DNA from: an uncultured Acidobacteriaceae bacterium
GTDB taxonomy: Bacteria > Acidobacteriota > Terriglobia > Terriglobales > Acidobacteriaceae
Direction: 5' to 3'
Assembly (NCBI GenBank): GCA_963731405.1
Contig: CAVSVS010000018.1
Coordinates: 14,704 to 78,703, forward strand
DNA length: 64,000 nucleotides
Positions 1 through 9,747 of the stretch are shown piece by piece. Every line of letters begins with the position of its first letter. Within the stretch, counting starts at the first letter, position 1. The notes beneath the pieces were generated by a model. The model had not been told where the DNA came from. It saw only the letters and a list, made by a program, of their open reading frames with translations, and did no database searches. A program made the position numbers and the translations under genes.

Positions 1-2845
1 GAGTAAAGGTTATGTTGACCGTACAGGTCGATCCCACGGGCAATGAGGATCCGCAATTGTTTGTCTGCGCATAATCCCCGGCACTGATAATGTTGCTGAT
101 CGCAATGGCGACTCCACCGCGATTATTCAGGGTCACGATTTTTGGCGCGCTCGTAGTGCCCACAGTCTGATTTCCGAAGGTGATCTGCGAGCCGCTGAGG
201 GTCAGCGGGGCAAGCGCGGTTCCGGTGAGCGCGACTGACTGCGGACTGCCATAGGCATCATGCGTCACGGTGACGTTGCCGCTGAGCGTTCCCAGAGCAG
301 TCGGCACAAATGACACAGAGATCAGGCAGCTTGCGCCAGAGGCCAGATTGGATCCGCAATTGTTGCTCTGCGTAAAGCTCGCACTGGCCAGAATCGAGCT
401 GAGGTTCACGGTAGTCGCACCGCGATTGGTGAGAGTGAGGTTTTGCGCCTGGCTGCCGGTGGTAACTACAGTGTTGGGAAAGTGCAGTGATCCGGGACTC
501 AGAATCACTGGCGCAAGCCCAGTTCCCCCGAGCGTTACGATCTGTGGACTGTTGTTGGCACCGTCCGTAATCGTGAGAGTCCCGGGATTGGCTCCGACTG
601 TCGTGGGTGCAAAGGTCACAGTAAATGTGCAACCTGCACCGGCCGCCACCGTCGTGCCACAGTTGTTGCTCTGTGTGTAACCGGCAGTAGTCGCGACGTT
701 GCTGATCGTCAATGGCCCAGCCTGATTATTCGTGAGCTTCGTGGTGTTCTTCATGGTCGCACCGACGTAGACCGCACCGAACGCTAAATCGGCCGGGTAC
801 AACGAAACCGCCGCCACCGCCGTACCAACGAGGCTGGAACTCTGAGGACTGTTGCTCGCGTCATCGGTGATCGTCACCGTTCCCGTAAGGTTGCCGGCGA
901 CCCCAGGAGCAAAGACAACGCTGATCGTGCAGCTTGTGCCTGCCGCCAGTCGAGTCCCGCAATTGTTAGTCTGGGTGAAATTGGCACTAACCGCAATACT
1001 TGTGATCCCGAGGGGGCTTGAGCCTGCGGTCAGAGTGAGGGGCTGCAGAGAACTAGAGGTGCCGACTACTTGTTGCGCGAACGTCAAACTTGCAGGAGAA
1101 AGCGAAGCTGGCGCATTCGATAAGGTCGTGGCGCTGATGGAGTTGGAGTACGCCGAGTTGTTATCAATGTTGTAGGCACGCGCCCGGTACGTGTATTGGG
1201 TTTGTGCGGTCAGCCCAGTGTCCGAATATGTGGAAGCGTTTCCGGAAACGACAGCGATCTGGGTGAAGTTTATTCCGTCGAGTGCGCGCTCAATTTTGGT
1301 GCCGTTCTGAGATCCGCCATTCGTCCAAGCCAAATTAATCTGATCGTCGGAGACGGGGCTGGCGCTCAGGTTGCTGGGTGCCGCAGGAGGCGGCTCCAGC
1401 GATGAGTCCAATCGCACGATTGAAGCTACTGACGGAACTTTGTTTCCGTTGACCAAGAAGAGCATGTAGTGTCCGGGAGGGGCAAGATTCCCGCCGCTTG
1501 GAGCGGTGACACTGATACCGCCCGTAACCTGCGTAAATGCAGGAAAATTGATGAGTTGGTTTTGATTGAAACCGTGGGTCGCCGACCCCAGGCGCACCAG
1601 AGTGACTTGAGCGATGCTCGCGGCATCGGGCGTGGTCACCGTAAATTTCTGTCCGTAAATAATACCCATCGGCGCCGACGTGATGGTTGGGCGTGCTCCC
1701 TGAAAAAGATATGGCGGCGAGAATATTTCCGCTGAACTGATCCCACCTCCCTCTTGCGCGGTGGTACTGCCGCCTCCGGAGAAAACTCGCCCGTCCGGGA
1801 GCAAAACCGCGGTCGAGTGATAGCCACGATAACCGCTCAGGCTGGCCCACTGGGTCCACAAGCCGGTTGCCGGATCCCAAACCTCGGCGGGAAGCACAGG
1901 CGTGCTCGCGTTGTTGAACCCCGCGCCGCTACTGCCTCCCGTGACCAATACGCGACCGTCCGGTAGTAGCGTCGCATTCAGTTGCCGGCGCGCATAGGCC
2001 ATGCTGCCGGTGAACTTCCAGGCTGGAGTGGGCGCGCCAAGATCGATGATCTCCGCAGTTGCCACTGGGGGATTTCCGCCCCCGACGACCAATATTTTTC
2101 CGGGCGCGTACATCACGGCCGAGCCGTAGTCGCGGGCGCCCCCCACTCGCATTCCTACCGCAGTCCAAGCGCCCGTGCCGGTTGTGTCCAAATAACGTGT
2201 TGTTGTGCCCGGGCCAACGTTCACGACTTTACCGTTTGGGGCCTGAAACATCATGGGATACAGCGGCAGTTGCAATTGGGCGGTACTTAGCGATCGCCAA
2301 GTGGAAGTCGACAATTGGTATATTTCCGGGGTACTGGCATTCCCCGTCGTGGGATCGATTTCGCCCGATGTCACCAACATATCCCCCGTAGAGAGGGCAG
2401 TGTTGGTAGGGTACCAGCGCGGAAAACTCATATCCGGCTGGGAGGCCCATGTGCCTAAACTTGAATCGAATGCCGTGCTGCTCGTTAGTCCGTAGTTGAT
2501 CGAAAGATTGCCACCCGTAACCAGCAGCCGCCCATCGGAGAGGAATGCGTGTCCGGCGCAGAACAGGTTGTAGCCCGCAAAGGGAGTGCTGGTGAACGAT
2601 TGAGTAGCTGGATCCCAGATTTGAGCGTTGTCGCCGAAATTGTATCCCGGCCAGAAAATCACTTTGCCGGTTGGTAGAAGATGTAGGTGAACGGGAGCCC
2701 ACGGCGTGCTAAACACCGGCGAGAATTGACCCACCACCGACAAATCCTGGGCCCAGAGCGAGGTGGCGAAGCCGCACAGCAAAAGCGCGAACCAAATCGT
2801 CAGCGCACGGATTAGGGATGATACGTGATCAAGCATTGTGGGCAT
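1..2845 (-). CDS. Secreted copper-radical-oxidase-like protein of the glyoxal/galactose oxidase family (Kelch propeller, DUF1929-like Ig domain, FN3, tandem Ig-like repeats). The 3' end lies beyond the left window edge.
   Basis: The minus frame is open from ATG 2843-2845 (in-frame TAA at 2852-2854) to the window edge. It is absent from the ORF track because no stop lies inside the window. My translation gives a signal peptide (MPTMLDHVSSLIRALTIWFALLLCGFATSLWAQ) and Kelch-like blades (GRLLVTGG, GKILVVGGG, DGRVLVTGG, DGRVFSGGG). It also shows ligand-like motifs NLFCAGH, RWYPT, RGYHSTAVLLPDGRV and GSATHGF, then DUF1929-like, FN3 and repeated Ig-like modules. Confidence 0.8.
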   Translation of the reverse strand, partial: MPTMLDHVSSLIRALTIWFALLLCGFATSLWAQDLSVVGQFSPVFSTPWAPVHLHLLPTGKVIFWPGYNFGDNAQIWDPATQSFTSTPFAGYNLFCAGHAFLSDGRLLVTGGNLSINYGLTSSTAFDSSLGTWASQPDMSFPRWYPTNTALSTGDMLVTSGEIDPTTGNASTPEIYQLSTSTWRSLSTAQLQLPLYPMMFQAPNGKVVNVGPGTTTRYLDTTGTGAWTAVGMRVGGARDYGSAVMYAPGKILVVGGGNPPVATAEIIDLGAPTPAWKFTGSMAYARRQLNATLLPDGRVLVTGGSSGAGFNNASTPVLPAEVWDPATGLWTQWASLSGYRGYHSTAVLLPDGRVFSGGGSTTAQEGGGISSAEIFSPPYLFQGARPTITSAPMGIIYGQKFTVTTPDAASIAQVTLVRLGSATHGFNQNQLINFPAFTQVTGGISVTAPSGGNLAPPGHYMLFLVNGNKVPSVASIVRLDSSLEPPPAAPSNLSASPVSDDQINLAWTNGGSQNGTKIERALDGINFTQIAVVSGNASTYSDTGLTAQTQYTYRARAYNIDNNSAYSNSISATTLSNAPASLSPASLTFAQQVVGTSSSLQPLTLTAGSSPLGITSIAVSANFTQTNNCGTRLAAGTSCTISVVFAPGVAGNLTGTVTITDDASNSPQSSSLVGTAVAAVSLYPADLAFGAVYVGATMKNTTKLTNNQAGPLTISNVATTAGYTQSNNCGTTVAAGAGCTFTVTFAPTTVGANPGTLTITDGANNSPQIVTLGGTGLAPVILSPGSLHFPNTVVTTGSQAQNLTLTNRGATTVNLSSILASASFTQSNNCGSNLASGASCLISVSFVPTALGTLSGNVTVTHDAYGSPQSVALTGTALAPLTLSGSQITFGNQTVGTTSAPKIVTLNNRGGVAIAISNIISAGDYAQTNNCGSSLPVGSTCTVNITFT

Positions 2846-3103
2846 ACAGATTTACGAGAGCCAAACGGATTCTTTTGCTCGCATTACCTGCTAATCCGCC
2901 CGTTGGAGGAACGAAAAACCTTCGGGTCTGAGCTCAAACTCACCTCAGCACCGGGTGTCTTCGCAAAATCTGGACGATCAGCTGATCAAATGGGGAGGTC
3001 GAAACGTTACACGCAGTAAGCATTCTAGCACATCCGTCTGCAATAAATCCACTTCGAAACCCAGTAAGCCACATCAATCCTGACTCGGATCCGGGACACT
3101 GCT

Positions 3104-4189
3104 TTAGATGGCAATTCCTGCCGAACGATAGATCTGCGTGATGTAGCGCATGTCGCGCAGGCCTTCTTCGCCCGGTGACTGCGGCTCCAGTCCATTTTGA
3201 ATGCAGTGCGAGAAGTGTTCGGCTTCGGCCTGGAAGTGCGAGGGATCACGGGCCGGGTTGGGCTCGTCAAGCTTCCCGGCCGCACAGTCCGCGCGCAAGC
3301 GCAGTCCTTCGTAGACGAAGGCCGAATCGACTTCGAGCCAGCCTTTCGATCCATGGACGCGATAGAAGCCTTCCATGTTGGCGCCATAAGTAGTGTTGCA
3401 ACTGGCGACGATGCCGGAGGGGAACTTCATGGTCCAAGAGACATTCTCCTCGACTTCGTTGAAGCGGCCGTCGTGATCGATGACCGATGCATTGGCCATG
3501 ATGTGATCCGGCTCTTCGCCCGTCAGGTAGCGGCATGCGTTGAGCGAGTAAATTCCGACATCGAAGAGTGGACCACCACCGGCGAGTTTCTTGTTGAGGC
3601 GCCATTCTCCAGCGGAGATGTTGAAGCCGAAGGAACTTTCGATGGCCTGGACCTGGCCCAGCGACCCGTCGCGGATGAGTTGGATCGCTTTGAGGTTTGT
3701 CGGCTCGTAGTGGCAGCGATAGGCGATCATCAGCTTGACGCGGGCTGCCTTGCAGGCGGCGATCATCGCTTCCGCGTCGGCCACGTTGGTTGACATTGGC
3801 TTCTCGCAAAGCACATGTTTGCCGGCTTTGGCCGCGCGGATCGTGTACTCGGCGTGCATCGAGTTGGGCAGTGCGACATAGACCGCATCGATGGCCGGGT
3901 TGTGCGCAATCTCATCGAAGTTTTCGTAGTTGTAGATGGAGTTGGACGGAACGCCATACTCGGAGGCGATGCGGTCCGCCTTGTCGCGGTGGCCGCTTAC
4001 GAGCCCGGTGATCTGGGAAGTGGTGGTGTTGCGCACGGCGGGCATGAAGTGTCCGGCGATGCGGCCGAGGCCGATGACGCAGTAGCCGGTCTTCCGAGGG
4101 GCGGAAGTTTGGGCACGTAAATTCGGAGCAAACCGGGATGCCAGGGCGAGCGTGCTCAGCTTGGCGAAGTCTCTGCGCGTCAGATTCAT
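3104..4189 (-). CDS. Gfo/Idh/MocA family oxidoreductase with a Tat-type signal
   Basis: 361 aa. The N-terminus MNLTRRDFAKLSTLALA is a twin-arginine-like signal. A Rossmann motif (GYCVIGLGRIAGHF) and EKP motif (HVLCEKPM) are typical of glucose-fructose oxidoreductase-like enzymes. Confidence 0.9.
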   Translation of the reverse strand: MNLTRRDFAKLSTLALASRFAPNLRAQTSAPRKTGYCVIGLGRIAGHFMPAVRNTTTSQITGLVSGHRDKADRIASEYGVPSNSIYNYENFDEIAHNPAIDAVYVALPNSMHAEYTIRAAKAGKHVLCEKPMSTNVADAEAMIAACKAARVKLMIAYRCHYEPTNLKAIQLIRDGSLGQVQAIESSFGFNISAGEWRLNKKLAGGGPLFDVGIYSLNACRYLTGEEPDHIMANASVIDHDGRFNEVEENVSWTMKFPSGIVASCNTTYGANMEGFYRVHGSKGWLEVDSAFVYEGLRLRADCAAGKLDEPNPARDPSHFQAEAEHFSHCIQNGLEPQSPGEEGLRDMRYITQIYRSAGIAI

Positions 4190-4346
4190 GGTGGACGATT
4201 CCCACTTTCGAAGTTTGCGGCCATTCTATAAGACGGCTTGCGAGACATCGGCAAAAAGAGTGGGGCATTCTGGGTCCGTTTGGAACAGCACGTTGATCAT
4301 CGCCGCGGAAGTGTCGGGGTTGAAATCTCATGGGCCGAATACGGCA

Positions 4347-4928
4347 CTAGCGCCGCGAGTCCGGGGGCACCAAATTGTTCGCACGATAGTAGACCACGAG
4401 CTGGCCATAGTGCTCGCCGCTGTGCTCGATGGTGAACGTCCAGATGGAGGAGTTGTGGGTCATCCGGTTGCCAAAGAACTTTGAGGTGTTATCCAGCCCG
4501 GCGTCGCCCTGTTGTTGAATCACTTGGGCTCCATCGGCGACGGCCTCTTGCACGAACTTCACGATGTCGGCCTTGGTCTTGAAGGCATCGCGCGAAGGAT
4601 TGTCGCCCTCGCCGAAGTCAGGCCCGATATTCGATGCGGAAATCATGCGGATCACGACGAAATCGAGTGCGGCGGCATGGAGAAGATTCAGGGCAAAGGT
4701 GCGCTGGTCCTTCTGCAGCTTGAAGTCATATTTGTCTTCCGGAAAATCCTTCGCCATGGCGACGAGTTTGTTCCCAATGTCGTTCCACCGGTCCAACATC
4801 TCATCCGATCGAGAGCGCGCCGGACTGGGAGCTTTATTCTGCGTTTGAGCCTGACTGTGAAGACTGGTATCAAAGGCTGCCAGCAGGGTGACCGCAACTA
4901 GCGCGAGCGAAGATCGCTTCATTTTCAC
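4347..4928 (-). CDS. DinB family protein, secreted
   Basis: 193 aa with a signal peptide (MKMKRSSLALVAVTLLAAF). The C-terminal TIEHSGEHYGQLVVYYRANN resembles the DinB-superfamily His motif. Confidence 0.8.
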   Translation of the reverse strand: MKMKRSSLALVAVTLLAAFDTSLHSQAQTQNKAPSPARSRSDEMLDRWNDIGNKLVAMAKDFPEDKYDFKLQKDQRTFALNLLHAAALDFVVIRMISASNIGPDFGEGDNPSRDAFKTKADIVKFVQEAVADGAQVIQQQGDAGLDNTSKFFGNRMTHNSSIWTFTIEHSGEHYGQLVVYYRANNLVPPDSRR

Positions 4929-5223
4929 TGTGGATTACTCCTTGGGTTGAGTCGCTTTCAGAAGTCCGTTGGGGGTTAGACGTGGCGGCACTGCCAAAGT
5001 TTGAGCGAATTTTCGGACGCATGACGAAAAACCTGAACATGCATTACGTCAACAGTGTGGCAATCGGGGTTCCGCGATTGCTCCGACTCCGCTGGTCACC
5101 GGCTTGGTGATTGGGCGCACTGACAAGATATTTCGATGGACTAGGTTTAACGTGTTCGGGAAACGTGTCTTCCGGTTCCTCTGACCTGCCGGGAAGCACA
5201 TCCGTACAAGGAGATCTAACGTC

Positions 5224-5652
5224 ATGAAGATGAGACTTGCGGTTGCGGTCGTAGCTCTGCTGGCGCTTGCTCTGCCGACGTTCGGTGCGGGCAACAAGAC
5301 CTACAAGACTACCTATGCCGTTCCTTGCAGCGAGCTTTGGGGCGCGGTGAAAGTCGCCCTCGGCAATCCGGACAACTACAAAGATGTGCAGAGTGACGAG
5401 GACAAAATGACTGCGGATTACAATGTGAAACACTCCATTCATTGGTCCGTTATTGGCGCGGTTAACCAAGGCAAGAATCACGTGTCGTTGGCGCCCGTTG
5501 GCACCACGTGCGAGATGAGCGTTGTGTCGATGTATAGCGGGCTTTCGCACAACGACCAGGGCGACTTCAAGAAGCGCGTAGAGGAAGCACTGGCCAAGCC
5601 ACAAGCGGCGAAGCCCGCCGAACCGACGAAGCCGGAGATGCCAGCGAAGTAA
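5224..5652 (+). CDS. Hypothetical secreted protein
   Basis: 142 aa with a clear signal peptide (MKMRLAVAVVALLALALPTFGA) and an Ala/Pro/Lys-rich tail. I recognise no domain. Confidence 0.6.
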   Translation: MKMRLAVAVVALLALALPTFGAGNKTYKTTYAVPCSELWGAVKVALGNPDNYKDVQSDEDKMTADYNVKHSIHWSVIGAVNQGKNHVSLAPVGTTCEMSVVSMYSGLSHNDQGDFKKRVEEALAKPQAAKPAEPTKPEMPAK

Positions 5653-5702
5653 TGGCTGCTTGGTCGTGAGAATGCTGAGCCGGGAATGCTAGTCTTGGGC
5701 GT

Positions 5703-7067
5703 ATGCTCCGATCCACACGGTTGCCATTCGCCACAGTCCTTCTCTGGTTACTCGTCGCCGTAACCGGTAGATCTCTATCGCAAAACGCAAGCGACCTTAA
5801 GCCTTCGCCCCAACAAGTGGAATGGCAAGATCTGGAGATGGGCGCAATCATCCACTTTGGCCCAAACACCTTTCTAGATCGCGAATGGGGAGACGGGACG
5901 GCAGATCCGAAGGTTTTCAATCCAACCCAATTTGATCCCGAGCAGTGGATGCGGGCTCTACGAGCGGCTGGCATTAGTTACGTAATATTCGTCGCCAAGC
6001 ATCACGATGGATTCTGTCTGTGGCCAACCTCCCAGACCGATTACAGCGTGAAGAACAGCCCGTGGAAAAATGGCGAAGGCGATATGGTGAGAGAGGTGGA
6101 AGAGGCGGCGCGGAAGTACGGATTGAAATTTGGGATTTATTTGTCTCCCTGGGATCGACACGAGCCTCGCTATGCGAACCCTGCGGAGTACGACAAATAT
6201 TATGCAGCCGAACTTGACGAGTTAGCGCAAGGCTACGGGCAACTCGAAGAATTCTGGCTCGACGGTGCGGGCAGTGCCGGCCATGTGTACAACTTTTCCC
6301 GCATCATCGAGGAGTTGCGCACCTACCAGCCCAACACCCTGGTATTTGCAGACGTCGGGCTCTTCGAATACGGTGACATCCGCTGGGTTGGCAATGAAGA
6401 TGGGGTGATCCCTTACGAGAACTGGAATGTGATCGACCGCCACGCATATCTTCGATGGCGTCCGGTAGAGTCAGACACGCCGCTGCGCAAGAAGCACTGG
6501 TTCTGGCATCCCAACGACGAATCCAGCGTAAAGAGCTTGCCAGAACTGATGACCACCTACGAACAAACCGTCGGTCATGGTGGGCAGCTGATCCTGGGAA
6601 TCGCGCCCGACCGCAGGGGTTTGCTGCCCGATTCTGATGTGCAGCGGCTGAGAGAATTTGGCGACGCACTTCGCCAGCGATACGGCAACAACCTTGCGGT
6701 AAAGCATATTCAGGGAACACCGGAAGAGGAACTCGCGCTCGACAATAATCCCGATACATTCTGGTCAGCGCCAGTGGGATCGCATCATGCAGTGCTCGAA
6801 GTGAAATTCGAAAAACCGATTTCTTTCGACCGGGCAGTGACAATGGAATGGCTGAATACTGGACAACTCATTGAGCGTTACAGCATCGAGGTCTTCCAGC
6901 AGGGAAAATGGATTGCTGTCAGCCAAGGCCAGGCGGTCGGTCATAAGAAGATTGATGGTTTCGCGCCGGTGACTGCCTCCAGGGTGCGCCTGAATATTCT
7001 TTCATCGTCCGCGGAAGCGCATATCCGGGAATTTCAGCTCTTCAGTTCGAAGAATGACAGCCGTTGA
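5703..7067 (+). CDS. Alpha-L-fucosidase (GH29) with a C-terminal F5/8 type C (discoidin)-like domain
   Basis: 454 aa. It has a signal peptide and GH29-like motifs (AKHHDGFCLWPTSQTDYSV, GLKFGIYLSPWDRH). The C-terminal NNPDTFWSA...IREFQLF resembles a discoidin domain. Confidence 0.9.
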   Translation: MLRSTRLPFATVLLWLLVAVTGRSLSQNASDLKPSPQQVEWQDLEMGAIIHFGPNTFLDREWGDGTADPKVFNPTQFDPEQWMRALRAAGISYVIFVAKHHDGFCLWPTSQTDYSVKNSPWKNGEGDMVREVEEAARKYGLKFGIYLSPWDRHEPRYANPAEYDKYYAAELDELAQGYGQLEEFWLDGAGSAGHVYNFSRIIEELRTYQPNTLVFADVGLFEYGDIRWVGNEDGVIPYENWNVIDRHAYLRWRPVESDTPLRKKHWFWHPNDESSVKSLPELMTTYEQTVGHGGQLILGIAPDRRGLLPDSDVQRLREFGDALRQRYGNNLAVKHIQGTPEEELALDNNPDTFWSAPVGSHHAVLEVKFEKPISFDRAVTMEWLNTGQLIERYSIEVFQQGKWIAVSQGQAVGHKKIDGFAPVTASRVRLNILSSSAEAHIREFQLFSSKNDSR

Positions 7068-7176
7068 GTGCGGGTAGAGCAGCACCCGAATCGCTTGGTT
7101 CTGGCACAGGAAGAGCCTTGGAATCTCCTCGCCGACTCTTCGTTGTACAATTTGCAGCTATATTGCCCGGGAGAAC

Positions 7177-8130
7177 GTGCCTAAGATAGCACGCGAGCCT
7201 ATGCCTGGCACACACATGCACGCAACCACTCTCGCCATATTCTTCGCGACGTCCGGCACGGTGCTATCGATGTGCGGCGCCGGCATCCTGCTTTTCGTGG
7301 TTGCGCTGTGGTCCGCGAGGACTGATCTCGCACAGGCCGGCGGTCTGGACAAGATCGCAGTCTTAAGTAATTTGTGTTTTGCCGTTCCCTTGGCGGTCTT
7401 CGGGGCCCTGCATCTCGCGGGCGTCGAATTGGTCGCACCATTAGTGCCCCGGTTTATGCCGTGGCGACTGTTTTGGGCGTACTTCGTCGGCTTTGCCCTG
7501 CTGGCGGCGTCCTTGAGCATGGCTACCAAGATTCAGGTGCGGTGGTCCGGCCTTCTATTCGGGATCATGATGTTTCTTTTTGTGGCCACGATGGACATAC
7601 GGGGACCTCTCGCCCACCCCAGAGACAGGTTTGCATGGACGTTTGTCCTGCGCGAAATGACGTTTGGGGCCGGCGGGTGGATTCTGGCGGGAGGGGCATG
7701 GCGAGAGCAAGGCCGCGAGCTAGGCGCAAGCAAGCTCATTACACTAGGCCGCGTGGTCATTGCGATCGCGGCCATATTTTATGGCGTTGAACATTTTCTG
7801 CATCCGGAGGGCGCGCTTGGAGTGCCGCTGGAAAAAGTGACGCCGGCGTGGATTCCCGGGCGCCTGCTCATTGGCTACCTGACGGGCGTAATTCTCGTGG
7901 TTGCCGGGGCGGCCATCCTGCTAGCGAGGCATATGCGGACGGCGGCAACTTATCTCGGCACCTGGATCGTGTTGCTGGTCATATTCATCTATGGCCCGAT
8001 GCTGATCGCTTCGCTGTTAGACCCGAGCAATGCGGTCAAGATCGAGGGGATCAACTATTTTGCCGACACGCTATTGTTTGGCGCAGCGATTCTCGCACTC
8101 GCCAGTGCGACGCCAGCCTCCCAGAGCTAA
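7177..8130 (+). CDS. Polytopic membrane protein, hypothetical
   Basis: 317 aa with about 8 hydrophobic helices. GTG start at 7177 is preceded by GGGAGA. Internal ATG starts at 7201 or 7216 are also possible. Confidence 0.7.
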   Translation: MPKIAREPMPGTHMHATTLAIFFATSGTVLSMCGAGILLFVVALWSARTDLAQAGGLDKIAVLSNLCFAVPLAVFGALHLAGVELVAPLVPRFMPWRLFWAYFVGFALLAASLSMATKIQVRWSGLLFGIMMFLFVATMDIRGPLAHPRDRFAWTFVLREMTFGAGGWILAGGAWREQGRELGASKLITLGRVVIAIAAIFYGVEHFLHPEGALGVPLEKVTPAWIPGRLLIGYLTGVILVVAGAAILLARHMRTAATYLGTWIVLLVIFIYGPMLIASLLDPSNAVKIEGINYFADTLLFGAAILALASATPASQS

Positions 8131-8149
8131 CCCACGATGCTGAATCCGT

Positions 8150-8497
8150 CTACTGCCTGGGTGCCGATGCCTTCTCGACGCGTACCACGGTACATTTCAC
8201 TTGTTTTCCGGCCGTGGTTTTCAACTGGCCCTTATCACCGTCGACCTCGTACTTCACATCGCTGCCCACCACGAAGTCAGTTGCCTTAACTGACGTTTTC
8301 GGACTGGTCCGGCAGGTGTAATTGTTTCCCGAAGCCTCGAAAATAAAATCGTACTGCTGCTTCTTTTTATCCTTATCGTCGGTAGTACCTGCGGGCTGAA
8401 GATCCTTAAGAGTTGTCGTTCCGGCATCCTTCTTGGCCGCACTCAAGGTGAGAGAGGACGCCATCGTCAAAAGCAGCACTGCTATCCATCTGCGCAT
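8150..8497 (-). CDS. Small secreted hypothetical protein
   Basis: The track ORF 8150..8587 was trimmed to ATG 8495-8497, which is preceded by GGAAGGA. The product starts MRRWIAVLLLTMASSLTLSAA (signal peptide) and is Lys/Thr-rich. Confidence 0.6.
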   Translation of the reverse strand: MRRWIAVLLLTMASSLTLSAAKKDAGTTTLKDLQPAGTTDDKDKKKQQYDFIFEASGNNYTCRTSPKTSVKATDFVVGSDVKYEVDGDKGQLKTTAGKQVKCTVVRVEKASAPRQ

Positions 8498-8869
8498 AGC
8501 ACATCCTTCCAGAATCTGACGCGCGCTAATTATATTGGCGGAACCATTGCGGAGCATCCAAGCGGCTTTCGGAACTTCTATTGCCATCGTTCTCGCACCG
8601 TGAGGATATCCTCCTGCAGTTTACTCATATGGCAGTGCGCGGTTTTTTGCTACTAGGAGAATCCCTAGGATGCGAGTACTTTCGCCCACACGTCAAAGCC
8701 AAATAGAAAGTGGCGCAGTCTGACAACTTTGTGGGGTTATTAGAGAGCTGCGCCACCCAAGGAGGGGAAATCGTGGGTTGAGCAATTTCCCCGTGTTGAA
8801 CGCTATCGTTGAAGTAGACACGAGGAAGGGACCCATGGGAACTGTCACAATTAACAGTCGCCTCTATCC

Positions 8870-9436
8870 TTACTTAGCCGGAATCTCCCTCGTGACCCGG
8901 CAAGGGTTTCCGACGGCCACCCGGTTTGCAGGGACATCCCTCACCACGACGCTGCCTGCTCCGATCACGCTGTTGTCTCCGATGGTCACGCCCGGACAGA
9001 TGACGCAGCTTCCCCCAAGCCACACATTGTTCCCGATCGTTACCGGCTTTGCCATTTCGAGTCCGCTACGGCGCACTTCCGCATCAATCGGGTGAAACGC
9101 GGTGTAGATGTGAACGCCCGGCCCAATCTGCGCATCATCGCCGATAGAAATGAAGTTACAGTCAAGGAACACGCACCCATAATTGATGAACCCGTTCCGT
9201 CCAATCCGGATGTGCGTGCCGTAATCGCATATGAAGGGGGACTTGATCTGAGTGCTAGCGCCGATCTGCCCGAGCAGTTTCCGCAACATAGCGAAGCGCT
9301 GATCGCCATCTTCGTTTGCAATAGCGTTCAACTGCCGCAAGTGACGCTGAGCGTCGGCCAAGGCGCGTTGAAGTTCATGGTCCGTGGAGCGATAAAGCTC
9401 GCCCGCCAGCATCTTTTCTTTTTCGCTAGGAGCCAT
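8870..9436 (-). CDS. maa: Maltose/galactoside O-acetyltransferase (left-handed beta-helix, hexapeptide repeats)
   Basis: 188 aa. It has a Mac-type N-terminal segment (MLAGELYRSTDHEL), hexapeptide repeats and the C-terminal GNNVWLGGSCVICPGVTIGDNSVIGAGSVV. Confidence 0.85.
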   Translation of the reverse strand: MAPSEKEKMLAGELYRSTDHELQRALADAQRHLRQLNAIANEDGDQRFAMLRKLLGQIGASTQIKSPFICDYGTHIRIGRNGFINYGCVFLDCNFISIGDDAQIGPGVHIYTAFHPIDAEVRRSGLEMAKPVTIGNNVWLGGSCVICPGVTIGDNSVIGAGSVVVRDVPANRVAVGNPCRVTREIPAK

Positions 9437-9747
9437 GGTTGGTCGCCATCAGACTATACGCTGAGTTGTGCTGGTTCCAGCCCTGTCTCCGCCACAGCGG
9501 AAGTGCCGCAGTAATTGGCGTCACACCGCCTCCAGGAATCTTGACAGGGAGGATTTTGGGGAGCAAAATTCTTCTCAAGTCAGGGAATTTCTCGTTATTC
9601 TTACCTTCCTTTTGGGCGCTTCTCGTCGAGCGAGTCGGCAACGGCGGCAACGATTGGACATAGTGCACGCCCTTGTTTCGGCTCGTGTGTGAACCAAGTT
9701 TCTGGCCCTCGGGAACTAATCAGCGCCGATCCGAGAGGTCGCTGCCA

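Noticed and set aside
258-2702. All track ORFs in the first 2.8 kb, on both strands
   Set aside because: None is in the frame that stays open across the whole region. The real gene is complement(1..2845), which the track omits because its stop lies outside the window.
8699-8756. 9-bp stem GTGGCGCAG/CTGCGCCAC followed on the minus strand by TTTCTATTT, a possible terminator for maa
   Set aside because: The loop is 29 nt and the T-tract is interrupted. This is too weak to list as a feature.
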